DNA from: Candidatus Saccharimonadaceae bacterium
Lineage (GTDB): Bacteria > Eisenbacteria > RBG-16-71-46
Direction: 5' to 3'
Assembly: GCA_035494735.1 (NCBI GenBank)
Contig: DATJGS010000042.1
Location: 35,177-99,176 of the forward strand
DNA: 64,000 nucleotides
Shown piece after piece: positions 30,973-39,855 of the stretch. Both the position numbers and the translations under genes were made by a program. Below the pieces are notes generated by a model. It saw only the letters and a list, made by a program, of their open reading frames with translations. It did not search any database and was not told the origin of the DNA. How positions within the stretch are numbered: the stretch's first letter is position 1; every line of letters starts with the position of its first letter.

Positions 30973-33900
30973 ATGGCGCGCGTGCTGGTGCTGGACGCGA
31001 TGGGCCTCGCCTACCGCGCGCACTACGCGTTCATCGCGCGGCCGCTCGTCAATTCGCGCGGCGAGAACACGTCGGCGCTGTTCGGCTTCGCGAACACCGT
31101 GCTCAAGCTGCGGCGCGAGGAGAAACCCGACTACTGGGCGCTGGCCTGGGACGGCCCAGGTCCGACGTTCCGCCATCTGCGCTATCCCGAGTACAAGTCG
31201 CAGAGGAAGCCCATGCCCGAGGACCTGGTGAAGCAACTCGGGCCGCTCGAGGAGTTGGCGCAGGCGCTCGGGCTGCCGGTCATCGAGATTCCCGGCACCG
31301 AGGCCGACGACGTGATGGCGACGCTCGCGGCGCGAGGCAGGGCCGCCGGCCACGAAGTCGTCCTCGTGACCGGCGACAAGGACATGCTGCAGGTCGTGGG
31401 CCCGGGCGTGCGCGTGCTCGCGCCGCGCACGCGCGACGAGTACGTGTGGATCGACGCGGAGCAGGTGCGCGCCAAGTGGGGCGTCGGTCCCGAGCACATC
31501 CGCGATCTCCTCGCGCTGATGGGCGACACCAGCGACAACATCCCCGGCGTGCCCGGGGTCGGCGAGAAGACCGCCGTGGAGCTCATGAGTCAGTTCGGTT
31601 CGCTCGACGAACTGTACGCGCACCTCGATCAGGTGAAGCGTCCGGCGCTGCGCGCGAAGCTCGAGACGAATCGCGAGCTGGCGATGCTGTCGCGCGAGCT
31701 CGCGACGGTGCGTCCCGACCTGGCGATCGAAGCGGACTGGGACGCGCTCCGGCAGAGGCCGATCCGCCGCGACATGCTGCTCGCGTTCGCGAAGCGCCAC
31801 GAGATCCGCCGACTCCAGAGCATCGCCGAGGCCGAGGGCGTCGACGACGCGTCGGCGGGCGCGCCGGCCTGGGCGCGCCCCGCGGATCGGCACGGCACCG
31901 CGGCGGAAGTGACGAGCCTCGATCTCCGCGAGCCCGCGCCGCCCGCGCCAGCCGCTTCGTTGCCGGCCTCGCCGCCACCACCGCCCGCGCCGCCGCCCGC
32001 CGCTTCGTCGCCGGTGCCGCCGCCGCCCGCGCCGGCCGCCGCTTCGTCGCCGCCGCCCGCCGTATCGCCTGGTCCGTTGTTCGCCGAGTTGCCGCCCGCT
32101 ATCGCGCCCGAGCCCCGTGCCGCGCGACCCGCGTTCGCGACCTCCGGCGCGGCCATTCAGCAGGGCACGCTCGATCTGTGGTCGGGCGCGAACGCGACGA
32201 CGGAATCGATCGCGAGCGGCGCCGCCAGTGAAGCCGCCCTGCACGCCGTGCGCGCACGTGCCGTGCACGGCTGGTCCGTGCTGCCGATGCTCGACGGCGA
32301 CGACCCGCGGCGCTCGCCGCTCGTCGGGCTCGCGATCGCGGCGCGCGACGGCACCGCCTGCTACGTGCCGCTGCGCCACGAGACCGGAGGCAATCGGACG
32401 CTGGAGCGCGCGCGTGAATGGCTGGGCCCGGCGCTCGCCGACTCGTCCGTGCCCAAGACCGGGTGGGACATCAAATCGGCGACGCACGCGCTGGCCGCGG
32501 CCGGCATGCCGGTCACCGGCTTCGCGTTCGACGCGCGGATCGGCGCGTTCCTGTGCGATCCCGTGCGCGATCTCTCACTCGAGGCGCTGGCCCGCGACTT
32601 CCTCGTCGAGGCGCTGCCGTCGCTCGAGGCGCCGCCCACCCGCGGCAAGGCGCGACCGACGTTCGCCGCGCTGCCCGCGGCCGCGGCGGGGGAGGCCGCC
32701 GCGCAGCACGCCGCCGCGCTGGTCCGCGTCGAGGGCGCGGTGCGCGCGCAGCTCGAGTCGCGCGAGCAGTGGCCGCTGTACGCGTCGCTCGAGCATCCGC
32801 TCGTCGACGTGCTGCTCGACATGGAGCGCGCCGGGATCGCGCTCGATCCGCGCGTGCTGACCGAGATGTCGGGCAGTGCGGCCGGCGAGATCCGGCGCCT
32901 CGAGGACGAAATGGCGGCGCTGGCCGGAGAGCGCCTGAACTGGAACAGCGGCGCGCAGGTGTCGCGCGTGCTGTTCGAGACGCTGTCGCTCCAGCCCGGG
33001 CGCCGCACGAAGACCGGACTGTCGACGGACCAGGCCGTGCTCGAGGAGCTGGCCGCGTCGCATCCGTTCCCGGCCAAGCTGCTCGAGTACCGCACGCTCG
33101 ACAAGCTGCGCTCGACGTACCTGGACGCGCTGCCCGGCCAGGTCGACGAAGTCGACGGGCGCATCCACACGACGTTCGATCCGTGCGGCGCCGCGACCGG
33201 CCGGCTGTCGTCGAGCCGCCCCAATCTGCAGAACATCCCGATGCGCACCGAACTCGGCCGCGGCATCCGCCGCGCGTTCGTGGCCCCGCCCGGCGGACTG
33301 CTCGTCGGCGCGGACTATTCGCAGATCGAGCTGCGCATCATGGCCCACCTGTCCGGCGATCCGCAGCTGATCGCGGCGTTCGAGAGCGGGGAGGACGTGC
33401 ACGCGAACACGGCGCGGCGCATCTTCGGCGTGGGCGACGGCCCGCTCGATCCCGCGCTGCGCGCGCGGGCCAAGGTCGTGAACTTCGGGGTCATGTACGG
33501 CATGGGCGCGCGCAGCCTGTCACAGCAGATGGGCATCGGACTGGCCGAGGCCCAGGAGTTCATCGCCGGCTACTTCCGCGTGTACGCGCGGGTCCGCGAG
33601 TTCCTCGACCTGACGGTGGAGCGCGCGCGCCGCGACGGCTACGTGCGCACGCTGCTCGGGCGGCGCCGCTGGCTGCCCGGGCTCGCGAGCGAGAACGGCG
33701 GCACGCGCTCGTTCGCCGAGCGCGCCGCCATCAACACGCCGATCCAGGGCTCGGCCGCGGATCTCATGAAGCTCGCGATGCTGCGCGTGCACCGCGGGTT
33801 GAAGGCCTCGGTGCCGTCCGCTAGATTGCTACTGCAAGTGCACGACGAACTGCTGCTGGAATGCGCGGAGCGCGACGCGCCGGCCGTCGCCGAGCGCGTG

Positions 33901-33987
33901 CGCGCCGAGATGGAAGGCTGCTTCCAACTGCGCGTGCCGCTGCTCGTCTCGGTCGGCACGGGGCGCACCTGGTTCGATGTCCACTGA
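30973..33987 (+). CDS. polA: DNA polymerase I
   Basis: 5'-3' exonuclease (LDAMGLAYRAHYA, EADDVMATLA, LMGDTSDNIPGVPGVGEKTA) and polymerase motifs A (DYSQIELR), B (AKVVNFGVMYG) and C (QVHDEL). Confidence 0.97.
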   Translation: MARVLVLDAMGLAYRAHYAFIARPLVNSRGENTSALFGFANTVLKLRREEKPDYWALAWDGPGPTFRHLRYPEYKSQRKPMPEDLVKQLGPLEELAQALGLPVIEIPGTEADDVMATLAARGRAAGHEVVLVTGDKDMLQVVGPGVRVLAPRTRDEYVWIDAEQVRAKWGVGPEHIRDLLALMGDTSDNIPGVPGVGEKTAVELMSQFGSLDELYAHLDQVKRPALRAKLETNRELAMLSRELATVRPDLAIEADWDALRQRPIRRDMLLAFAKRHEIRRLQSIAEAEGVDDASAGAPAWARPADRHGTAAEVTSLDLREPAPPAPAASLPASPPPPPAPPPAASSPVPPPPAPAAASSPPPAVSPGPLFAELPPAIAPEPRAARPAFATSGAAIQQGTLDLWSGANATTESIASGAASEAALHAVRARAVHGWSVLPMLDGDDPRRSPLVGLAIAARDGTACYVPLRHETGGNRTLERAREWLGPALADSSVPKTGWDIKSATHALAAAGMPVTGFAFDARIGAFLCDPVRDLSLEALARDFLVEALPSLEAPPTRGKARPTFAALPAAAAGEAAAQHAAALVRVEGAVRAQLESREQWPLYASLEHPLVDVLLDMERAGIALDPRVLTEMSGSAAGEIRRLEDEMAALAGERLNWNSGAQVSRVLFETLSLQPGRRTKTGLSTDQAVLEELAASHPFPAKLLEYRTLDKLRSTYLDALPGQVDEVDGRIHTTFDPCGAATGRLSSSRPNLQNIPMRTELGRGIRRAFVAPPGGLLVGADYSQIELRIMAHLSGDPQLIAAFESGEDVHANTARRIFGVGDGPLDPALRARAKVVNFGVMYGMGARSLSQQMGIGLAEAQEFIAGYFRVYARVREFLDLTVERARRDGYVRTLLGRRRWLPGLASENGGTRSFAERAAINTPIQGSAADLMKLAMLRVHRGLKASVPSARLLLQVHDELLLECAERDAPAVAERVRAEMEGCFQLRVPLLVSVGTGRTWFDVH
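31951..32060 (+). repeat. Three imperfect intragenic repeats in the polA linker
   Basis: GCCGCTTCGT(T/C)GCCG begins at 31951, 31999 and 32038 (periods 48 and 39 nt), encoding AAS(L/S)P..PPPP units. Confidence 0.65.
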
Positions 33988-34633
33988 GCGGCGCCACGCG
34001 GCGGACGGCCTGTTCGTGCTCGGCCTCGTGGGCCCGGCCGGCAGCGGCAAGAGCACGGTGGCGCGCGCGCTCGTCGAAGACGGCGCGCGGCTGCTGGACG
34101 CGGATCGAATCGGGCACGGGGTCACCGAAGAGGACGCCGTGGTGCGCGACGCGCTTCGCGCCGAGTACGGTGCCGACGTGTACGATCCCGCTGGGCGCCT
34201 CGATCGCGCGCGTGTCGCGGCCGTCGTGTTCCGCGACCGTGCCGCGCGCGCGCGGCTCGACGCGCTCGTGCATCCGCGCATTCTCGAGCGCATGCGCGCG
34301 CAACTGGAGATCTGGAAGCGCGAGGGTTTTCGCGGCGTCGTCGTGGTGGACGCCGCGCTGATGCTGGACTGGGGTTTCGAGAGGGAATGCGACGCGGTGA
34401 TCGCCGTGTCGGCCCCGGAGGACGCAGCGCTCGCGCGCCTCGCCGCGTCGCGCGGCTGGTCGCTCGAGGAAGGGCGGGCGCGCCGGGCCGCGCAGCGCGC
34501 GCCGAACGCGTTCGCCGACGCCGCGGACGCGGTGCTCGACAATTCACGGGATCCGGAGACACTGGCCCGCGAGGCGCGCCGCGTGGTGGCGCGCCTGCGT
34601 GACGCGGCAGAACGCCGTTCCACACGGCTCTAG
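33977..34633 (+). CDS. coaE: Dephospho-CoA kinase
   Basis: LGLVGPAGSGKST, LLDADRIGH, LDRARVAAVVF and LDALVHPRI. Confidence 0.92.
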   Translation: MSTERRHAADGLFVLGLVGPAGSGKSTVARALVEDGARLLDADRIGHGVTEEDAVVRDALRAEYGADVYDPAGRLDRARVAAVVFRDRAARARLDALVHPRILERMRAQLEIWKREGFRGVVVVDAALMLDWGFERECDAVIAVSAPEDAALARLAASRGWSLEEGRARRAAQRAPNAFADAADAVLDNSRDPETLAREARRVVARLRDAAERRSTRL

Positions 34634-34642
34634 GAAGGACGC

Positions 34643-35753
34643 ATGCTCACGACCGCGGACCTGCACAAGCGCGCCGACGAAGCCCGGGCCAAGCTGGACG
34701 GACTGCGGAGGTTCCTTTGAAGTCGACGCGCGCACGGCCGAAGTCGCGGCCTCGGAAACGCGCATGGGCGAGCCCGGGTTCTGGGATCGCCCCGAGGACG
34801 CGCAGCGGACCGTCGCCGCACTGAAGCGCGCGAAGCGCACGGTCGACGACTGGGGCGCGCGCGACACGGCGCTGCGTCATCTGGAGGAACTGCTCGAGCT
34901 GTCGGAGGGCGATACCGACGGCGCCCTGCTCGAGGAACTGGCCGGCGAACTCAAATCGCTCGAGACGCAGATCGCCGAGCTGGAGACGCGCAGCCTGCTG
35001 TCGGGCGAGCACGACCGGCTGGGAGCGATCGTGTCGATCCATCCCGGCGCCGGCGGCACGGAGTCGCAGGACTGGGCCGAGATGCTGTTCCGCATGTACT
35101 CGCGCTGGTCGGAGCGCCACGGCTACACGACGCGGCTGCTCGATCTCCAGCCCGGCGACGAGGCCGGCATCAAGGACGCCACGCTCGAGATCGCGGGCGA
35201 GTACGCGTACGGGTACCTGAAGGGCGAGAGCGGCGTGCATCGGCTGGTGCGCATCTCGCCGTACGACGCGGCACAGCGTCGCCACACGTCGTTCGCCTCC
35301 GTGTTCGTGTTCCCGATGGTCGACGACACGATCACCGTGAACATCGCGCCCGGCGACCTGCGCGTCGACACGTTCCGGGCGAGCGGCGCCGGCGGCCAGC
35401 ACGTGAACAAGACCGAGTCGGCGGTGCGCATCACGCACCTTCCGACCGGGCTCGTCGTCCAGTCGCAGGCCGAGCGCAGCCAGCACCGCAACCGCGACTT
35501 CGCCATGAGCATCCTGCGCGCGCGGCTGTTCGTGCACTACCAGGAGCAGGAGCGCGCCAAGACGCAGGCGCTGACCGCCGCCAAGAAGGACATCGACTTC
35601 GGCAGCCAGATCCGCTCGTACGTGCTGCAGCCCTACACCATGGTCAACGACCACCGGACCGAGCTGAAGATCGGCGACGTGCACGCCGTGCTCGACGGCG
35701 CGATCGATCCGTTCATCGATGCGTATCTCAAGCGGAAGGAGACGAGCGCATGA
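34643..35753 (+). CDS. prfB: Peptide chain release factor 2 with programmed +1 frameshift, join(34643..34717,34719..35753)
   Basis: A 25-codon ORF MLTTADLHKRADEARAKLDGLRRFL ends at CTT TGA with an internal SD (GGAGG) 3 nt upstream. The +1 frame holds GAGGTESQDW, GVHRLVRISPYD and GAGGQHVNKTES. Confidence 0.95.
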
Positions 35754-37117
35754 CGCCGCGCCACATCTTCCGTGAGTACGACATCCGCGGGCTGCACGCG
35801 ACCGAACTGAGCGACGACGTCGCGACCGCCGTGGGCCGCGCGTTCGGCACGAACCTGGTCCGCGCCGGCGGACGCCGCGTGGCGCTCGGCCAGGACGTGC
35901 GGCCGAGCAGCGCGCGGCTGGCCGCGGGCGTCGAGCGCGGGCTCGCGGCGTGCGGGCTCGAGATCGATCGCGTGGGCGTCGTGCCGACGCCGGCGCTGTA
36001 CTACGCCGTGGCGTCGCGCGACCTGGACGGCGGCATGCAGATCACCGGCAGCCACAATCCGCCCGAGTTCAACGGCTTCAAGATGGCGAAGCGCCACGCA
36101 CCCGTGTTCGGCGCCGAGATCCAGGGCATGCTCTCCGCGATCGAGCGCGGCGACTTCGCGAGCGGGGAGGGGCGCGCGGCGGATCGGCCGATCCTCGACG
36201 CGTATCGCGCGATGCTGGTCGAGCGCGTGTCGAGCGCGAAGGGCCTCAACGTCGTCATGGACTGCGGCAACGGCTGCGCCGGGACCATCGTGCCCGAGAC
36301 GTTCGAGCGCATGGGACATCGCGTCGAGGCGCTGTTCGCCGAACTGGACGGTCGCTTCCCGAACCACCTGCCGGACCCGACCGTGCCCGCGCTGCTCGTC
36401 GACCTGCAGCGCCGCGTGCGCGCGAGCGGCGCGGATCTCGGCATCGCGTTCGACGGCGACGCCGACCGCATCGGCGCCGTCGACGGCGCCGGGCGCGTCG
36501 TGTTCGGGGACCAACTGCTCGCGCTGTTCGCGCGCGACGTGCTGGCGCGCGTGCCGAATGCCGAGATCATCTTCGACGTGAAGTGCTCGCAGGGCCTCGG
36601 CGAGGACATCGTCGCGCACGGCGGCCGGCCGCTGATGTGGAAGACCGGCCACTCGCTCATCAAGGCCAAGCTGCTCGAGAGCGGCGCGCCCATCGCCGGC
36701 GAGATGAGCGGGCACATGTTCTTCAGCGAGGGTTTCTTCGGATTCGACGACGCGCTGTTCGCGGCCGGCCGTCTGTTGCGCTACGTCGCCGCGAGTGGGC
36801 GCACCCTCGCCGAGCTCGTGGACTCGATCCCCGCGTACCACGCGACGCCCGAGACGCGCCTCGCCTGCCCGGACGACCGCAAGTTCGAAGTCGTCGAGGC
36901 GATCCGCCGCGAGTTCGAGCCTCGCTACAAGGTGATCACCATCGACGGCGTGCGCGTCGAGTTCGGCGATGGCTGGGGCTTGGTGCGCGCCTCGAACACG
37001 CAGCCGGTGCTCGTCGTGCGCTTCGAAGCGCGCAGCGAGTCGCGCCTCGCGGAGATCCGCGAGGTGTTCATGGCGCCGCTGCGCGCGCTCGGCGTGGTTG
37101 AAGCCGTCGCGCACTGA
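35750..37117 (+). CDS. Phosphomannomutase/phosphoglucomutase (AlgC-like)
   Basis: IFREYDIRG, ITGSHNPPEFNGFK (phospho-Ser), FDGDADR, GEMSGH and LVRASNTQP. Confidence 0.93.
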   Translation: MTPRHIFREYDIRGLHATELSDDVATAVGRAFGTNLVRAGGRRVALGQDVRPSSARLAAGVERGLAACGLEIDRVGVVPTPALYYAVASRDLDGGMQITGSHNPPEFNGFKMAKRHAPVFGAEIQGMLSAIERGDFASGEGRAADRPILDAYRAMLVERVSSAKGLNVVMDCGNGCAGTIVPETFERMGHRVEALFAELDGRFPNHLPDPTVPALLVDLQRRVRASGADLGIAFDGDADRIGAVDGAGRVVFGDQLLALFARDVLARVPNAEIIFDVKCSQGLGEDIVAHGGRPLMWKTGHSLIKAKLLESGAPIAGEMSGHMFFSEGFFGFDDALFAAGRLLRYVAASGRTLAELVDSIPAYHATPETRLACPDDRKFEVVEAIRREFEPRYKVITIDGVRVEFGDGWGLVRASNTQPVLVVRFEARSESRLAEIREVFMAPLRALGVVEAVAH

Positions 37118-37766
37118 GCCGCGGCCGGCCCGGGCCGCCTGGCGCGCGCGCTCCTTTGGGCGCCCGCTGCCCCGCGCGTTCTACGCGCGCGGCGTGCTGA
37201 CGGTGGCTCGCGCGCTGCTCGGGCGCCTGCTGGTGCGTCGCGCGCGCGGCGGCCTCCAGGTCGGGCGCATCGTCGAAGTCGAGGCGTACCGGGCGGCGGA
37301 CGACCCCGCGAGCCACGCGTTCCGCGGGCCCACGCCGCGCAATCGCGTGATGTTCGGCCCGCCCGGCCACGCGTACGTGTACTTCACGTACGGCATGCAC
37401 CACTGCCTGAACGTCGTGACCGGTCCGGACGGAGAAGCGTCCGCCGTGCTGATCCGCGCGCTCGAGCCGGTCGCCGGCCTCGGCGCCATGCGCGCGCGTC
37501 GCGGCCGCGTGGCGGACGCGGCGCTGGCGCGCGGGCCGGGCAACACGGCGCGGGCCCTCGGCCTCACGCGCGCCCTGAGCGGCGAGGACCTGACGCACGA
37601 TCGGCTGTGGATCTCCGACCTTCCGCCCCGGCGCGAGGGGCTCAGGATCGCGCGCGGCCCGCGCATCGGGATCCGCGTGGGGACCGAGCGGCCGTGGCGA
37701 TTCTGGCTGGCCGGGCACCCCAGCGTTTCCGGCCCGCGCGGAGCGGCCTCCGCAGTTCGCCGTTGA
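37098..37766 (+). CDS. DNA-3-methyladenine glycosylase (MPG/AAG family); start uncertain
   Basis: GRIVEVEAY, MFGPPGHAYVYFTYGMHHCLNVV, AVLIRALEP and RGPRIGI. Confidence 0.88.
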   Translation: MKPSRTEPRPARAAWRARSFGRPLPRAFYARGVLTVARALLGRLLVRRARGGLQVGRIVEVEAYRAADDPASHAFRGPTPRNRVMFGPPGHAYVYFTYGMHHCLNVVTGPDGEASAVLIRALEPVAGLGAMRARRGRVADAALARGPGNTARALGLTRALSGEDLTHDRLWISDLPPRREGLRIARGPRIGIRVGTERPWRFWLAGHPSVSGPRGAASAVRR

Positions 37767-37791
37767 CACGTTTCCGGTCGATTCCTAGTAT
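37763..37791 (+). promoter_or_regulatory. sigma70-like promoter upstream of the outer-membrane locus
   Basis: TTGACA-N17-TAGTAT. Confidence 0.7.
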
Positions 37792-37915
37792 CCGGCCTCC
37801 GTGCATCGCGCACCTCGTTGACCGCGCGCACTTTCGCCCGGCAGGCGGGAGCGTTTTTCTCCGCATCGCGGTCCGCCGGTCCACTGTTACCAGTCGTTCA
37901 CGCAAAGGAGTCCGG

Positions 37916-39526
37916 ATGCGCCCTTCGCGCAGGGTTCGTTGGTGCGCGCTGACGATGCTGGCCGCGCTCGCGCTCGGCGCGATGCCGGCCCACGCCCAGG
38001 ATTACGAGGACACGCGGCGCGCGCTCGGGCTTTCGCCCGATCCGATCGAACGCAGCCCGCGACTCCTCGGCATGGGAGGCGTGACGCTGCTCGGCGACGA
38101 GCCCCACAACCGGATCACGTTGTGGGATTTCGCCGGATTCCCCACGGGGATCAACGCGGATTCCCAGTCCGTGATCGAACTCCGGCCGCGCACGTCGAGC
38201 GGCTCGGACGTGCGCGACTTCAGCGCCACCGACAACCGCGAACGCCAGACGTTCGCGATGCGCGAGAACGGTCTCGGCTTCGAGTTCTGGAACCAGGGCC
38301 CGACCACGTACGGCGCGATCGGCGACTTCGCCGGCGTGCGCCAGGACCAGCCGTACGCCGAGGACACGGAGTGGCGGCACCACGTCACCCAGCCCAGCAT
38401 CACGCCGATCGTCTCGGGCACGATGCCGTACACGTCCTCGGGGCGCACCCGCTACGCGCTGCGCGTGATCTATGCGAGCGAGGTCAACCTCGACGATTAC
38501 CTGACCATCGTTCCGAACGCCGCGGGCCAGTACATCGATCAGCAGGGCGAGGAACTGAACCCGCCGAATTTCTTCACGCCGGACCAGGTCCACGGCTCGA
38601 AGCTCGGCGGGGGCGTGGCCGCCTCGCAGCAGCTGTCGCGCTCGCTGACGCTCGGCGTCGGCGCGGACTTCGTGGGGAACCGCATTCACGGCGAGAACAG
38701 CGCCGACCGTTACTCGGCGGAAACGCACGAGAAGCGCGGCGTGAATCAGGGCCAGGTCGCGCTCATCGGGCGCGTCGGCTCGCACTTCCAGTGGGGTCTC
38801 GACGGCCGCGCGTGGACGTCGAGCTCGCAGGAGGACTGGAACTTCTCGTTGTCGGCGGGCACGACGGCGCCGACGCTGGACGGCCGCGGCAAGCTCCTCG
38901 ACCGCGACGAGAACGGAACGTCGGGGCGCGCGCGCGTGCGTCTGGCGACCGGCTCGCTCGAGTGGGGCGCCTCGTTCGACGCGTACGACCGCAAGGTGAC
39001 GGTGACGCCGCCCGACGCGTCCGACCTCACGTCGTTCAATCACTTCCTGACGATCGTCTACAACCGCGCCGGCGGCGACACGCTGTCGCTCCCCGACAGC
39101 ATCGTGCACAACGAGGTCACGTCGCACACGTGGAACGGGGCGGTCGGCGTCAACTGGCGGCTCGGGCGTGGCGTGTGGGCGCTCGAATACCACAAGTCCG
39201 ACGATCGGGAAGAACAGACGGTCGCGAACGGCGGACCCGAGGCGACGACGTGGGACGTGCGGACCGGCCTCGACTGGGAGTTGAATCGGGTCGTGTCGGG
39301 CCGGATCGGCTACCAGTACGCGTCGATCGACCTCGACAAGAACACCGAGCAGAACGAGTGGATCAGCAACGGCATCTCGCTCGGCCTGGGCTTGCGTCCG
39401 GCGGGCGCGTCGTGGTCGTTCGATTCGGGGTACCTGATCCAGTGGAATCAGGCCGACTACGGCAGTCCGGTGCAGCCGCGCGGCTCGCGCCAGCGCCTGG
39501 CCACGCGGGTGCACTGGGACTTCTAG
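37916..39526 (+). CDS. Uncharacterised outer-membrane beta-barrel (about 536 aa) with FadL/PorV-like N-terminal motif
   Basis: AAGGAG RBS, signal peptide ending AHA, SPRLLGMGG, amphipathic strands and a C-terminal RLATRVHWDF beta-signal. Confidence 0.72.
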   Translation: MRPSRRVRWCALTMLAALALGAMPAHAQDYEDTRRALGLSPDPIERSPRLLGMGGVTLLGDEPHNRITLWDFAGFPTGINADSQSVIELRPRTSSGSDVRDFSATDNRERQTFAMRENGLGFEFWNQGPTTYGAIGDFAGVRQDQPYAEDTEWRHHVTQPSITPIVSGTMPYTSSGRTRYALRVIYASEVNLDDYLTIVPNAAGQYIDQQGEELNPPNFFTPDQVHGSKLGGGVAASQQLSRSLTLGVGADFVGNRIHGENSADRYSAETHEKRGVNQGQVALIGRVGSHFQWGLDGRAWTSSSQEDWNFSLSAGTTAPTLDGRGKLLDRDENGTSGRARVRLATGSLEWGASFDAYDRKVTVTPPDASDLTSFNHFLTIVYNRAGGDTLSLPDSIVHNEVTSHTWNGAVGVNWRLGRGVWALEYHKSDDREEQTVANGGPEATTWDVRTGLDWELNRVVSGRIGYQYASIDLDKNTEQNEWISNGISLGLGLRPAGASWSFDSGYLIQWNQADYGSPVQPRGSRQRLATRVHWDF

Positions 39527-39549
39527 GGGCGGGGCGGCCGAAAAGTTCC

Positions 39550-39578
39550 TTGACAGAATCTCCGGTCGGCACCATATT
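39550..39578 (+). promoter_or_regulatory. sigma70-like promoter upstream of the TBDR-like gene
   Basis: TTGACA-N17-CATATT. A second TTGACA-N17-CATCGT lies at 39766-39794. Confidence 0.6.
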
Positions 39579-39855
39579 CCCCTTCGATTGGGCGTACGGC
39601 ACACCGCGATCGACCGACTCGCGGATTCCGTCTTCGTGCCGATTCCGCACGCCTGCGTAACCCCGACCCACCGGAACTCCACGCACGTCTCGCGAACATT
39701 CGTTCGAGACGGCTCGGGTCGTGAAGTAACTCTCCGCCATGAAACAACTTCGCGTGCGAAAAGCGTTGACACTCGATTCGCACGTTGGCATCGTGGGCGG
39801 GTTCATTTTCCCAGCCCATTCGACACCGCGAACCCACTCTGAGGGGTCGAGTCGC

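Noticed and set aside
34599-34720. prfB as a pseudogene, or as a single ORF starting at 34599
   Set aside because: The internal stop sits in a canonical programmed frameshift cassette, and the 34599 start overlaps coaE and gives a non-RF2 N-terminus.
39739-39855. In-frame upstream ATG extending the TBDR-like protein by 39 aa
   Set aside because: It would bury the signal peptide and spans the second promoter. ATG 39856 has a GAGGGG RBS.
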